From Octopus sinensis (Eukaryota): a DNA stretch of 64,000 nt. The stretch covers positions 15,624,001 to 15,688,000 of the forward strand of contig NC_043009.1 of assembly GCF_006345805.1 (NCBI RefSeq). The letters are read 5' to 3'. The notes below the pieces were generated by a model. It saw only the letters and a list, made by a program, of their open reading frames with translations, searched no databases and was not told the origin of the DNA. How positions within the stretch are numbered: the stretch's first letter is position 1; each line of letters begins with the position of its first letter. A program made the translations under genes and the position numbers. Shown piece after piece: positions 39,050 through 53,800 of this stretch.

Positions 39050-40500
39050 GGAAAACATTTCTTACTCTTAAGAAGCGTAAAATCAATTTGATAGAAATCC
39101 CAAATGTAGATTATTGAATCCAGTGAAAACAGAGATAGGATTAGTTAGCAAGAACATCTAAGATTCCATCCTAGAGAAGTAGGAATATATATTTACACGT
39201 CCGGGACTACATTAAATCTGTTATAGGCTGGTTAAATGGTATTAGCGATAACAATAGCTATAAATTCATGCAGTGAACTTTTATCTCTACTTCTTAGTGC
39301 ACTAGATTTCGTTAAGGAGTACGCAGCTATCAGCAATCTTGACATCGATATTGTTTTATATGCCAGGAAATCTCTACCTTTTTTTGACAAATCTACCCGA
39401 ATCAAAAAGAATGGAGATTCCCTATTCAATTTGCCGGTGGGTGCGTACGGCGGAGCAGAATTATGCATATTAATAGGATTTTATAATGCAGGATTACATA
39501 GGGATGATTGCGTTATAGTCACCCGTAACATGAATGGATATGAATTCGATGGCCTTAAGAAGAATCCTATTGCATTCTGCCAAAGAATGGGCTTCAAAAC
39601 TACAATAGACGTAAAGTTCAGTTACGTTAATTACTTGGGTCTTAATTTAGTTTCAAAATCAATAATGTTAAGCCCTTTTGTAAGTCTAATGAAATATTAT
39701 ACTATATTGACAAAGGGTTCCATCACCCAAGTGTCATTATTAGAACCATTGTTTGCAACATAGGAAAGCACATTTTATTACTATCTTCGGACTAGGCAGC
39801 TGTTCGCAATGCCAGCGCGTGTGATAATGACGCTTTGCATAGCAGTGGGTTTTCGGAGAAGAACCAATACATTCAAAACGAAAGTAACGATAGTAAAACC
39901 TGTAAAACCAAAACTAGAAAGGTTTTGTCCTTAAATCCACCCTTCAGCATCACCATTAGAATCCATGTAGATAAAGAATTTTAAATCTAGAATTTACCAT
40001 AGAAGAACGCCTAAGGCTAGCAATTTTTCTTGTAAAACATTGCCTCTTTAACTAACCAGCACGACACGAAGATCCGTAGCATAACTGATGATGCTGTAGG
40101 AAGAGATAACTGAAAATGTAATTGTAATAACCAAAGTAGCTGCCCTTTAAAGGGTAATTGTCTGATCAAAGGCATAGTCTATAGAGCCAAAGTCCAGTTG
40201 AGTAATACGAGTGCATAAAAGACATGCACAAATTCCACAGAAAATTTTTTGAATATCCTTACACAAAAATTCCTTTAAGTACCCGTAAAATAGAACTGCA
40301 ACGAGCCTGACCAAGCACAGACATGAGTTAATAGAAGCAGGTTCTTCTTTTAAAATTTACTGGTTTACTTTAGGAAAGCCTACACTGTACAGTCATGGGC
40401 TTATAGAAGCTGAATGAGGAACCATTTGTTTTTGAGCAAAAAGCTATTCCAGGATAAACAAAATTTAAACTGGAAAACTAGTCTTTTGAACTATTGCAGA
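39050..40500 (+). mobile_element. Penelope-like element: RT plus C-terminal GIY-YIG endonuclease, decayed
   Basis: NPKCRLLNPVKTEIGLVSK; ORF 39236-39763 ...LPVGAYGGAELC...GLHRDD...VNYLGLNL; then CNCNNQSSCPLKGNCLIKGIVYRAKV (Cys linker plus GIY-like motif). Confidence 0.85.
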
Positions 40501-42765
40501 TATGTTTCCAGGTACCTTGTGAATTGCCAAATGATCTCATATTAGCAGCAAATTTTCGACTTTAGCTTCCTCGCTCTTATTGCATATTTTATTCAACAAT
40601 ACGCAATCATTCCAAAAAAAAAACAGAAAGAAAAATATTCAACTTCTTCGCAAACTATCTCGCTCTTCAATAGTTTTAAACGGCTTCTTTTACCGCCGAA
40701 AAAGAAGGAATTTTATCCATGGCATTTCCCAAACGGTTTTAGATTTTAATTTTTAACTTTTAATTTCTAAGTTTTACTGTTAGTTTATAATGTAAACGTA
40801 TGTCCAGTGAAAACATTATTTTTCGTGTTTTTCTTATGGTCTTGCAAGTTTTACTTATTACTTAATTTTCTCCTTCAAATATCTATTATTTTGTACATCG
40901 TTATTCTATGAAATATATGTAGGTAACCCTCCAAGAGCTACATGTCGTGGAATAATATTACCTAAAATGATATATTTCAATTTATTTTATGCTTTAATGT
41001 ACTATTTTAATTCATTTTATTCATTCATCTAAATATTTTCATTTGTCACACGCTACTTTCATATTATTATTTTCTGACACATACATGAACCCTTGAATTG
41101 TTCCCTTATACTTTCTAATTTCCTTGCTTTCAAACTGTTCCTTCGATATATATATATATTTGTTACAATAGTGTCCTCAGCTGACCAGCTTACATCCCCA
41201 CATATAACATACACCAGATGCTTTCTCCCTCTCTCCCTCTCTCTAGCCTCTTTCGGTTCTTTCTTACCTCCTTCTTACTCTACTTTCTCCTTCACGTCTT
41301 TAACAACTATCGTTATCATCATTTCTCCTCTTTCTTTTTCTTTTCATTTCTTTAACGTACGAATTTATATGTACCTATACAGAATGTAATTGTGTACACG
41401 AGTGATAATATATATAATATATCTGTTCATGTATGTATATGTATATTTATGTGCGTGTATTATACGTGCTATGTGCGTATGCATAGATTAGGTACGTGTT
41501 TGCCAATGTATAGACATGCATATCTGATTATATATGCCGCATATGACTTTATATGCGTGCATATAGTGTGCATCGTACTCTGGTTAATGAAGTTTTCATC
41601 GTTCTACCACCGAACTTATTCCTTCAATTTAATTATTGATCATTAACATTTTCTCGCTACACATTCCCCGCTTTGTACACAAGGAGTTTTCCGATCCTAG
41701 CATAGTATATTGATAATTTTCAGTTGATTTTCAATTCTCCGCACCAAATGGTAACGTAAACCAAACTATTATATTTTGAAAAGGAGCCAGGCAATCAGAT
41801 TTAACTGCTTATTTGTTGAATTGAAATACAATTACAATTTGAATAAAGTATTCATCCCAACTGTCTGTCGAACAGGAATGTGTATCACTGCGTAATATTT
41901 TTTTAAAGATTTTAGCAGCTTTAATTAAAACATATCACTCTAACTTCGGCATTTGAGTAGTAATTCTTCTACCTTGTTTTGCAGTTATGTGCTTATCCGT
42001 TATACATGTTTATGTGTAAATAGATATATGTGTTGTGTGCGTGCGTGCGTGCTTGTGAGTGTGTGCTAGTGTAAGTGTTTGCATGTGTGTGTGTGACTGA
42101 GAGAGTGAGAGAGTTGACATACACACACACACACACGTACATACCTATGCATAGTACATATACACACTCTGAAATGCCTACGCTATTATCCTCACCCACA
42201 AACATTTTCCGTTTCTTAACTGACACACTCGTGCTTATATCAACCTGGATTATAGCCAAAACTTTTCTAGTCATAAAACATCTTCATTGAGTAATATGGG
42301 AGATATCGTTTAACATGCGATAATAACCATCTGAGTTTTTCGGACCAGTGTTTTACCTCGGAGGTACACTCTCGTGAACTCTGTTTTACGTACTCCTAAA
42401 CTATAGAAATTACCCCGTTTGATATATACTTAGTAATACTGCAGATATCTGATTTAAGCACATAAACCCCCTGATATTTCTTGAGACCCATATATCAAAT
42501 TCCACTTTTAACACTGCCATTAGGTTTATTACCTCCTCGATATCTCACAGATGCTGACAGTATTAGTAAGAATATTTTATATAGGATCCTTTCTAACATT
42601 AAGGAAAACGTACGTGGGCCTGTGTCTATGGAAGTGTAGAGAGGAAGTAATACTCTAGTGCAAAATAATTAATATTAAGACTAATATCTCTTCGATCACA
42701 CCAACACTATTTTATAAAGCTATTAAAGGGCTAAAATGTTTTCGCATATGTCTCAGGTTGATATT

Positions 42766-42984
42766 TGTTTCAAATTTTGGCAAAGAGATAGTTATTTTGG
42801 GGGAGCGACTAAGTCACTTAAATCGACCCATTAATGCAACTGGTAATTATCTTATCGATCCCGAAAGGATGAAAGTTAAAGTTAAAGTCGACCTCGGCTC
42901 AATTTGAACTCGGAAAGTACAGATTGACCAAAGGCAGATAAGCATTTTGTCCGGTATGCTAACGGTTCTGCCAGCTCGCCGCTT
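42766..42984 (-). mobile_element. Short SINE with perfect 17-bp TSD
   Basis: TSD tgtctcaggttgatatt at 42749-42765 and 42985-43001. The reverse complement starts aagcggcgagctggcagaaccgttagcataccgg. Confidence 0.9.
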
Positions 42985-44008
42985 TGTCTCAGGTTGATAT
43001 TACTATTATACTGTTAGCTAGGCAAACATTATTTTTTTCAGGCGAATATCTGGGAAAGGCATTCCCGGCTAATGAGTTTGATATGGCCATTGGGTTTCTC
43101 TGAATCTGCATTGGTTACCTAATGGCTGTGTTAAAAGAGAAATGTTTATTTATATGGATATGTGCATGTGTATATACATGGCCAAACATAATGCTGGAAA
43201 CCTAAAGAAATACACAGCTAAAGATACACATCTACGTATCTCAAGAGTGGGAAATGTAATCTCATAAAGCTAATTTACTTCAAAAACCAATTAAGCAGTT
43301 AGTGTTTAGAAGTCAGTGACATTAGTTGGTGCCTTAATGTGATTTGTTTATCTCTTGGTTTTCTTTGCCCTTATTACATTACTATCAATATACCTAAAAA
43401 GAAACAATTTGCGGAGTTTGAGACTGAAACAACATTTAATAAAAGAATACCATATTACAGAAAATACGTTGATTGTTGTCTCACAGTACCTAACAAACTT
43501 TGTATTTGTGGCATTCACTGGTGACGATACTATAATTAGTTCAGAGATTATAAAATATATGTAGGACTTTTTTTCTTTTCTATTTGCATTTCTTTATATG
43601 TGTCTGTTTGTACTTTTGCATTTCTGTTTGCTTGCTTCGTTTATATTTTTGTCAGAAACAAAAATTATCAGTAAGTCACTTTTACGTGTCATGTTTATAG
43701 AAAACTGATCTATAAAATATTTGGGTATGATGTTTACTGAATAAAATTAGGTACTGAAACTATAAACAACATGTAAAATGATGGAAAATTTAAATGGATT
43801 TACAAGCAAATTAATCCATGGGAAATATTTTGGGATTATTAAGATTAAGAAATAGTCAGGTGCTTATACAATGTGTTCATTATTATCATCATCATCCATA
43901 TTTTCCTCCACACCATCATCAAATTCGCCAATACCTCCACCACATTTAACATCATCATCATCACCATCGTCATCGTCGTCTTCGTCATCATCAACATCAT
44001 CATCATCC

Positions 44009-44048
<40 letters not shown>

Positions 44049-45519
44049 TAACGCCATTACCGTCATAAATATTCTGTCTTGTACGTTACCTTTTTCAGAA
44101 GTCGACTCACTAAAGGATAAGTATTATATTTGATGGTCACATTATGTTGAATATTGGCAAGAACTCCTCATATGATCTTACTTAAGTTCTGCATCAAATA
44201 GCATTCTATTTATCACAAATCGCTTTTTAATGTATTTCTAATATCGTTATCATTAACCAGATGTATATTACCGTGTCAACGTAGCCTAATTGCATAATTT
44301 ATATTTATTTTATAGATCACACCTTAGTACTTTTACTTCTAATTCTATTTGTGCTATATCTGTTATTTTGTAATCGAATTTGATTCTAAATGCTTGTTCT
44401 ATCTTTAGTTTTGTTTTATTTTTAGAGATACTCATATTTTCGTTTCGGAATGAATCTCTGAAGAATATAAACCATATATTGACCGTTTGTCATATTTTGA
44501 TAACTTTATCTGATGAAATGAGTTTGTAAGTGTTATATTTCGAAATGAAAATATGGGATCATAGAATTATTGAAGCAAACATAATAATGAATTCCAAATA
44601 TCAATAGCTTGGCTTCTGTCTTCTTTTCCAACTTTAAACATTAACTCCAAATTTATGCACCAGACTTAGCTAAGTAAGCAGTGCATTTAAAGTTAATTGT
44701 AACTTAAGTGTGTTGGATGAGTGCATATGTGTGTATGAATTCTATATGTGATTATGTATGCCTGTATGTGTTTCTGTATAAATTAATATAGAGAGTCCTA
44801 AATTTGAAAAGCGAAGGAAACCTGATTTAGCAATTTTCGTATCTGTAAGTACTAGCAGCTTAGGAAACCGTTATCGATATGAACAAACTGGTACTGAAAC
44901 CTTTATTCGTGATTTTGCCGCATATCATTGCATAAACTGTTACCTTTACTTTCGCTTCTAAAATGTTTTGTGAATATTCTTCAATGATAATATAAATCAT
45001 TATACTTAATGTGTGTAAAGGTAACTGAAAATTCAGATTACATGTTATTTTTTTAGTGGAAGTCTAAGGAATTTTTACTTCAGTGATTACTGTATGATTT
45101 ATTCTTATTTATATTTCAATTATGTATTTATATCTATTTATTTACTTTATTTACTTTCGGTGAAGAATGCTTGCAACTGGGTTTAAAACTTTGATGGTAA
45201 GTTAAAATATGTCCTCAAGCTAGGGAATCAGGTATTATTGCTTCAAATATAGCCAGTTTTCAGTAGAATTATAGAAAACAACATATCTCGATGGGTATAA
45301 ACATAAATAGTTTTGGTTTTCTGCCTTCGTGGCTATCGATAGAAATATGAACCAATTAGAGATATCTGCTATGTACAATTGGCTTTTTATCCAATTACGC
45401 TACATTTTTCCTTTCTCTGGCTCTTCCACAGAGGTTGGCAGATCGTCAACGCTACCAGAACAGCCAAACACATACATGCATACATAAATACATACAAACA
45501 TACAGATATATATGCATAA

Positions 45520-45578
<59 letters not shown>

Positions 45579-46719
45579 CAGAATGATTTGTGCAGAATAA
45601 TATATATGTATATATATACATACATATATATAATACACATAAGTACAAGCATATACGTGTATGTGAAGAAGAGAGAAACACAAAACTGTATTTTTGTTTA
45701 TATATAAATATTATGAGCATCTATATTTAAGGAGGAATATGTTTATAACATAATGAAAATAGAATGAAAAATAAAATACATTATAAATTTGGCACTGATT
45801 TCACCAATCATGTTGTTGGCGCATGAACAAAGAGAATTAATTCCTGGTAGGTAATCTTTGAATATGAATTCTGCCGTGGAATATATAGAAACGTATAGCA
45901 GCTCAGTGCACCTAATCATATACGACTAATATGAAGAAAGTTTAGTAAAACCGATAAGTAATAAATAATTGAGCTAAAGCTTTTGAATTTGTATTAAGAC
46001 AATTACGACTATAACTATAAGAATTATGTAAACCTCTTTACGTAACACTGGTAGTTCTCAGATCGTTAACCTATACACCGTATTGAAAAATGTGATGCCT
46101 ATCTAGAGAGGTGGATTCTTAGCTAATTACTAAGTTTGGTATCATATCTACTTCGCCAGGAATTCATGCAACATTCATTACTGGTAAAGAACATTGCAAA
46201 CTTTGTATCATGACATTATGATGTGGACCGGAAGACGAGTTTAGGAAATACCTAACAATGGTGGACTTGTATGACACTTAGTTTGATCAATAGGTTTGAA
46301 GTTCATTTTGAAATATACCACTCCTATTATAGCTATAATGTCTCTTCAATCATCAAAACTATATTAATCTTTCATATCTTCAATGAAGTGCATATTCAAT
46401 TGATCATATTTTATCTATATTTTATTGGTTACGTTGACGAATGTGATAATATACGAGTCCATACGCACACGAACCAATCATTTAATTATGTACAAAAACA
46501 TGATGTATGTGACCTCCATCTTAAATAATTTCCTTCCTTTTGATCTCCTCTATAAAAATAGTCTTAAATTTAATTAAGCTGTGTACTGTATAGAAGTACA
46601 TATTTTACGTTTTAAAAGATTTGCTAAATTTATATTACTATCCAATTATTTGGGAGCTATATGATATCGATATTTTGTTTCGCTTTGTTTTGTTTTTACT
46701 TGTTTCACTCACCATACTG

Positions 46720-47021
46720 TGGAGGCACATAGCCTAGTGGTCAGAGCAGCGGACTCGCGGTCGAGGGATCGCGAGTTCGAATCTCAGACCGGGTGATGTG
46801 TGTGTTTATGAGCGAAACACCTAAGCTCCACGCGGCTCCGGCAGAAGGTAATGGCGAAACCTCTGCTGGCTCTTTCGCCACAACTTTCTCTCACTCTTCC
46901 TCCTGCATCTTGCAGCTCAACTGCGACGGCCCGGCGTCCCGTCCAGGTGGGGAACCTATACGCCAAGAAACCCGGAAACCGGCCCTTATGAGCCAGGCAG
47001 GGTTCCAAAAGGAACAAACAA
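46720..47021 (+). mobile_element. tRNA(Arg)-like SINE with perfect 13-bp TSD
   Basis: TSD actcaccatactg at 46707-46719 and 47022-47034. A box tagcctagtgg, B box gagttcgaatc, TCG at the anticodon-equivalent position, (AAC)-rich tail. Confidence 0.9.
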
Positions 47022-47277
47022 ACTCACCATACTGCGGCCATCCTGTGGCACTGCCTCAGTGTGAATCAAATTGACTCCAATACTTACTTTCTAAAGTTTT
47101 GTACATATTCCTGCCATCTTTGTCACCAAATCGCTATATTACCAAGCTTGCTTGATTGCTTGCTTGCTTGCTTGGTGAGGAGGGTGATTCTTGAACACCC
47201 TGCGAGATTTAACACGAAATGCAACAAATGAGAGAAGAGCTCTTGAGAATCAACGGCCAATAATATGTATGTGTGTA

Positions 47278-47442
<165 letters not shown>

Positions 47443-47599
47443 TTTATGTATGTATGTATGTATGTATGTATGTATGTATGTATGTATGTATTGTGTTGGT
47501 GTGTACATATGTAAATAAAACATTATTAAAGTCTAAAAATATTTCTATCTTTTAATTCTAATTCTATTCTTTTTTTTTTCAGGAAGCACATTCTGAGGA

Positions 47600-50487
47600 G
47601 AGCTACAGTCGATATAGCTACTAATCACTTTGCGCCCACTTGTCCTTGGATTCTTGCTGTTGTTATACATGTAGCGCAAGAACATTCTGCTTTGATCTTG
47701 ATTTGTAGATATCAAAATCTTGCGTCGATAGGGGAACGACGTCATGTTCAGGCTTTATGAGTTGGGCGTATACAATCGCTATTCTACACGTGGCAGGCTT
47801 AAAGCTTTTGTAATATCGTAGTCATCTTTCGGAAAAAGAACTGTCTGAAGTTATGTCTTTGACTGAGCGGTACTTTTAAAGGAGAACACTACTCACTTAT
47901 ATATTGAGAACAGTCTAGAAATAGCAAACGTGTCTGATCTACCATGAAGCTGGTCAACTACTTGCAGCTGATGGCCTTTCACACCTGCAGGAAAAACACG
48001 AAGTACTGTAATTTTCAGAAGAATTTTTAAAACAATAGGGTCTCTGTGAATGTTGCTAATATAATGTTAGAAATCATCGATTCGCCCTCAAATTGAGAAA
48101 GCACAACTGTAATTCTACAAAAAGAATTGAACAGGTATACTATTGATAGAACCGTACTCTCTGAAACCCATATTAATGATGAAGGTCATATATGAGAAAG
48201 GAGTGATAGCGATAAACTCTAATGGAAAGGCGAGAAAAGAAACGTAGGAGTATGTTTAGTATTCTAAACAGAGGTCGCTTAGCGGCTGGAATTATTACAG
48301 AGTACTCACGATCGAATTATGCAAGTGCGGGCTCTTCTGTCCAGGAGACTTTCATAAATGCCATTTCGACGTATGCCCTTATCCTGAATAGTAGCCAAGA
48401 ACCAAAAATGGATTTTTACAAGGTCGTATAACATAGTTTTCACATGTAGATAAAATCCTGCTGCTAGAATTGAAGTGCTTCGGGGCGTCATGATTTGTGC
48501 GGAATGAATACCAGTAGATTTCTTTTGTAACTACACATTAAGTTTGATTGGACCTATTAAATATTTTCTTTCAACAAAAGGATATCCACAATGCAACATG
48601 GGCATACCTAAACATATAAATATGAACCAACACCTCCAACAGAGACAGTCAGGATATCCAATTTGTAAAAGTAATGCATGGAGTAGAAGTGGTACATATC
48701 AGAAACTTGTACGTCACAAGATGAAAATGCAGATCAGAAGAAAAGGGAAGGCGGCGTGAATCAAATTGTTAAAACATATATATGTGTGTGAACTGCCAAA
48801 TTTAGAAAGGTAAGACTCTCTCCTTAATGCACTTAACAGTATTGTCAGTTCAGGAGATAGCCCTACAATGCTGGATTTGATCTTAAGAAGACAAAATCAC
48901 AAGACTGCTTTGATGATAATAATACTGCCATCACTAGGCTCATTGAAAAGAAGAACATGTTGTAAGAGAAATGCCTTGTTGCAAAAGGTCCAGTGCAGGC
49001 AGCTTTTGACAAGCCTTTTAGTGTTCTAAAGTAGCAACAGAAATGAAGAGACGGCAAAATGTTTTATGGCCCACAGCTCTCAAAAGACCCAGAACGATTC
49101 ATGAATCGATGAAATGAATATTTTAAAGATCTGTTCGATAATCTATCTGTAGTTGATGGTGAAATTATTAATGCACTACTGCAAATGGAGATTATGGCAG
49201 AAATTATGGCTGATCCAACTATTAATGCGATAAGGTAACATCAAAGAGAGAATTACAGGAAAGCTGCAGGTTTGGATTGAATAAGAGTAAGGGTTCTAAG
49301 TCTGAATGTGGTCATTATCGAGGTATAACTCTGGTAGAATCCGTAAGCACAGATGTAACCAAGATTTTGCTGAATCCTTAAACAAAATGGATTTGTATTA
49401 GTGCCATTCCGGAGATCCAGGGTGTATTTAGATATGGGCAGGGTACTATGAAAAGGATTTCTCGGCTTTCCAATTAATAGAGTTGTGTGTTGAGTAACGT
49501 ATTCCACTGGTACAAAATGGATCATACTGAGGAAGCTTGGATGCCATCATTAATTTTTGGGAATAATCAAACCGATTCGTCAAAAAAGGAGCTGAAACGT
49601 GAACTTCAGCGAGACACTTTCAATGTCGATTCCGGTGGAAAATGGTACTAAACAAGGCATTAAACAAGGTATTAAATAAGGTATTAAACATTTCAGCGCC
49701 CATTTCCTTATATCACATACCTCACCATACGACTTATATATGCTTTGAATTCGCTGTTTATTTGCGATTTAGAACCTCTAGATGGTTCCAAGAGCAAAAC
49801 CGAAAATATTCGGCAGAGTTTTTATGCAGAAGATGCTAATTCTAGGGTTCATTCGGCAAATGATATACATGTGATATTTGACATCTTCTCCAAAGCATCC
49901 GCTCGATCTGTACATGCCACCAGCTGGGAAACCTTTTGTGAAACCTATCATTTGGTGGGAGGAAACAGACTTGAGGGGATGTGCTGCTTAGAGGATCTTT
50001 GAAGAACATTTAGTCGAAACGGTATCCTTGAAGATGAAATAAATAAGAAGTTTGTGATAGCTTGTGGTGCTTTAGAGAATCTTGATGAGTCTACTGAGAT
50101 CGGGGACACATGCCAGACACGATTCTCGCTGTATATGAGTCCTGTTTTGTTACAGTATGCTATACAGAGCCGAAACGCTGACAACTTTCCCCTTAATTCC
50201 TCATATCAAACATTTGGAAATGTTTCAGTAGCATCGTATCCAGCTCATCCTGAACATAAACAGGACCTCTTACACAATATTGCCTTACTTGAGAAAACTA
50301 ACAACATAAATTTTGAGAAAATGGTAACTTGAAGCCTGATGCGTTGCACTGGTCATTTTAACTAGGTGGAATACTGAAGGATTCTCAAATATATTTAATG
50401 GAGAGCACCCTTGAAGCATTAGAGGTTGATATAGGTATGTGGTATATATTGGCAATAAATCGTTCATCGTGGAGAGACTATCAATTA
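47600..50487 (+). mobile_element. RTE-clade LINE, near full length, decayed (APE endonuclease plus RT)
   Basis: ISTYALILNSSQEPKMDFY (APE); KGSKSECGHYRGITL...PEIQGVFRYGQGT; WIILRKLGC; PVENGTKQG; FYAEDA (YADD site); C-terminal WYILAINRSSWR. The 5' boundary is approximate. Confidence 0.85.
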
Positions 50488-52768
50488 CACTGGCCCCAAA
50501 AATTTGTGTTGCCTTGGATACCAACAATTGATATTACCTAATTTGTGTATGCCGAATCCAAATACGAAGGTAGTTTTTTTATCTGTAAGGATTTGCAATT
50601 AAGGATTTTATGTTTGCCGAATTTTGAATATTTCCCGAGATAGATGTAATCGAGTTGTAATATCTTCCGACTAGGTGGGAAAGAAGTAATATCTTTGCAT
50701 TGAGATTCTAACTTTTATATACGAGTTAGTATGTCACAACAAGATTTAGGCTATAAAAATAACATTTCTTATTCCGATTCTAAGTAAAATAAATGTCATC
50801 ATGTACCGATCTTTCTCACCATCTGCATTTCAGTTGAAAATATATATTATATACAAATGATAGGTGTACATAGTTGACTAACTGATCAGAATGGAAGATA
50901 AAACAAAAATTGATCTTATTCAGGTAAGACTTTGCACTCTGAGCTCTTGTATTTGTAGTCTTTCTCAGAAAGAAATTGCTTAATGCTTCAGCAGTCATCC
51001 GCCATCGTTTTTATCCCATCTTCCTTGATAACGCTCTTCCATAGTCCTGAAGTCTAGGTAGAAGCGCTCGCCTTGTTCATCACTTACATCTCCAAGGTTT
51101 TCAGGGAATGATCGAAGTGGCTAGGGGGGAAATGGAGTTTGACGCTCATGTTACATCCAAGATCATGGAAAGCTGACAACATATTACTTTTCTGTTTCCA
51201 AGAACTTTTTTTATAACTGGTACGAATGACAGCCATGCTGCTCTTTCCTTGTCCTTCGTCTTTCACGTACAATTGCATGAATCTGGGGTCTGTCAAACAC
51301 ACCTACTTTGATTTTCTCGAATGACAAACGAAGAACTGCAGATGCTATATGCTAAAAACATTCACCATCAGTATTCAATACCCAGCTTTATATATATGTG
51401 CAGTGATGGGAAATAATCTTTTGTCGGCTGTCAATTGAATAATTCACAATATTCGACATGCTTGCTTTCAGAGTCTCATGAATGTGCCACTTCTGAATCC
51501 ATTGTTTCTCTCGAGCTCAACTGTCCAACATGGAGGGATATCAAGGATATTTTTGAAACCTTTCTGTTGGCCGACGAAGAAATTGATTATTTTCAAGTCT
51601 ATACAAATGGTCCAGTTGTGCTCATGATATTTTAGTTAGTAAATAAACATTTTTATGTCATCGTATTGTTCTTGTAAACGCACTGAGTGACAAGCTGGGT
51701 CAGCTACATAAACATTGTATAGGAAAACACATTTCAGGCTGTACTTAGAATTGTCTAGAATAGTCGCCAGTCAGTTTCACTGTATGAGGGGATTCTTAAT
51801 ACCGTGAGAAGACTGGGGATATCGTGGCAGTAAACAAAGCGTTTCTGTTTTGAAAAAAAATGGCACAAAAATCTGGTCTCGTTTCCGAAAATAATAAACT
51901 TTTTCAGTTTGGTAAAGTAGATATTTTCCTTGCAGCCTGGAACTATAACTTCAACTGCAGTCTTGAAGAGTCCCAAATCAGGTGCTAAATTAGTCAGTTT
52001 TTGCCTCGTTAAATTGTTGAGGAGTTGATTTTTCAGTACCATAAGTGGGAGTCTTGAACTTCTGATATAATTTCTTCGTCTTCATTATCGTTCTTGTACT
52101 CTTGTTCACTAACTTCGTCTTCGGAAATCCAAGGAAAACTGGAATCAGGAGTGTCTCAGAATGCATGATAGTTCTAATTGCTGAAAAATTATTGGGATAA
52201 GATATTTTACGCCTATCTTTCTTGCCGATGCTTTTTGTGTTGACTATACGAAAATAACTCTTACTTATGTAGTCCCTGGGCTCCCGCCAAACCATGGGAA
52301 TTCAACGTGGCAGGCCCATTCCGCTTTCCTTTTGTCCAGTCACGAAGCATTTCTTCAGTTATGACAGATATCATCAGGGGCCTCTTTTTTGTCTTGGTTG
52401 CCTAGGGGAATTCCAAAATAGGCTTTATAAGCCCGTTTCACAGACAATAGGATACTGTGCCCTTCACGAATAAGTTGAAAGAAACACGCAAAAGCCATCG
52501 GGATTATTCACACATCTATGTCTCCTTAAAGACTCCATCATCGGATCTGACGAAATTCAATTGTCAATTCTTTATAAGTAGGATATATGTATAGGATATA
52601 CGTCAAATTTAACTATAATTGAATAAAAATGATAACCATCAATTTGCAAGATAACTACAGCATGGAGAGCAAAACCGATTCCACATTTATAATTTGCACA
52701 AAAAAGTCCATTAGAATCAGGAATAAAAATCTCATGCAATAGAAATTGTTTTTAAATGTTGTCGAGCG
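50488..52768 (-). mobile_element. Chapaev3-like (CMC superfamily) DNA transposon, full length ~2.3 kb, decayed
   Basis: Frameshifted transposase: RCVNNPDGFC...AYKAYFGIPLGNQDK...MLRDWTKGKR, MVWREP, VYCHDIP...WRLF, HNWTICIDLK, GQQKG, LGCNMSVKLHF, DEQGERF...MEERYQGRWD. Terminus cactgg at 50488 preceded by tta, and a degenerate opposite end followed by cta. Confidence 0.8.
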
Positions 52769-53069
52769 CTAAAGATATGTTGTCAATGAACATAAGAGTA
52801 TGGAGCACGCTACTTTGAAGAGTTCTCTCCGTAATTGTAATCCAAGTTCATTGCCAGCACAAACCCAGTAGGACCTGGCTTCTGCCTTCATGACCTTTTC
52901 CTTTATGAGTTCTCTGATATCACATGAACCAGGGTTAAATCGAGTGGCTTGTCAGACGGCTATACCACCTCGCACACTCCAGTATATTTGTAATTGAAAG
53001 AGAATTGTCACGTCAGTGCACGCTGCGGTAAATCTAAATATACCATACGTATACATATATATTATAATA

Positions 53070-53123
<54 letters not shown>

Positions 53124-53757
53124 GTTAAACTGCTGTATGTCCAAATTTGGTCAAATGCGTCTTTTACAATATTTATTTTTGCTTGCAATAAACGATTTTT
53201 TCTGTCATACTATCGTATCTACTGCTGCTTCAGATGACAAAATATCAAAAAATGTCAAAGTATAGTACAACGGTTTTGCTATGGAATGGTGAAAATGCTT
53301 TTTCGTTTTCTGGAAAACATACGTTTTGTACTTACGACACGTTTGCATATATACTTCGTTTAGGCATTGCCATATTAATAACCTGGAGTTACAACTCAAT
53401 ATATTTCATATTTCAAACTCTCATGACACTGCAGAAGGATGGTCAAGCACTCAACTTGAGTGCATTGCACCATGTAGCAGAAATAGGTGTGAGGTAATGA
53501 AATTTACATAACGTAATGGTTTATTGCCTCTGTTTGTCATCCCAATATATAATTTATGAGTGTGTGTGTGTGTGTGTGTGTGTGTACATAGAGAGAGACA
53601 GAAAGCGAGAGAAACAACTTGTTTTAAATCTCTGAGCGAGAGATATACAGCAACAGTACCGAATAGTCATGTTTATATGCCAACAAAATGTGGCATCCTA
53701 TAAAGGACTATGTTTTCGTGGGTATAAAACACACTATGCTGGCAAATAAATGTTAGT

Positions 53758-53800
<43 letters not shown>

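Noticed and set aside
46720-46795. tRNA genes at the SINE heads (here and 59775-59845)
   Set aside because: The acceptor stems are broken, and the heads continue into SINE bodies bounded by TSDs.
49253-49525. Minus-strand ORF starting MIHFVP, initially suggestive of a gypsy integrase
   Set aside because: It is the antisense of clear RTE RT motifs on the plus strand, and no integrase DDE spacing is present.
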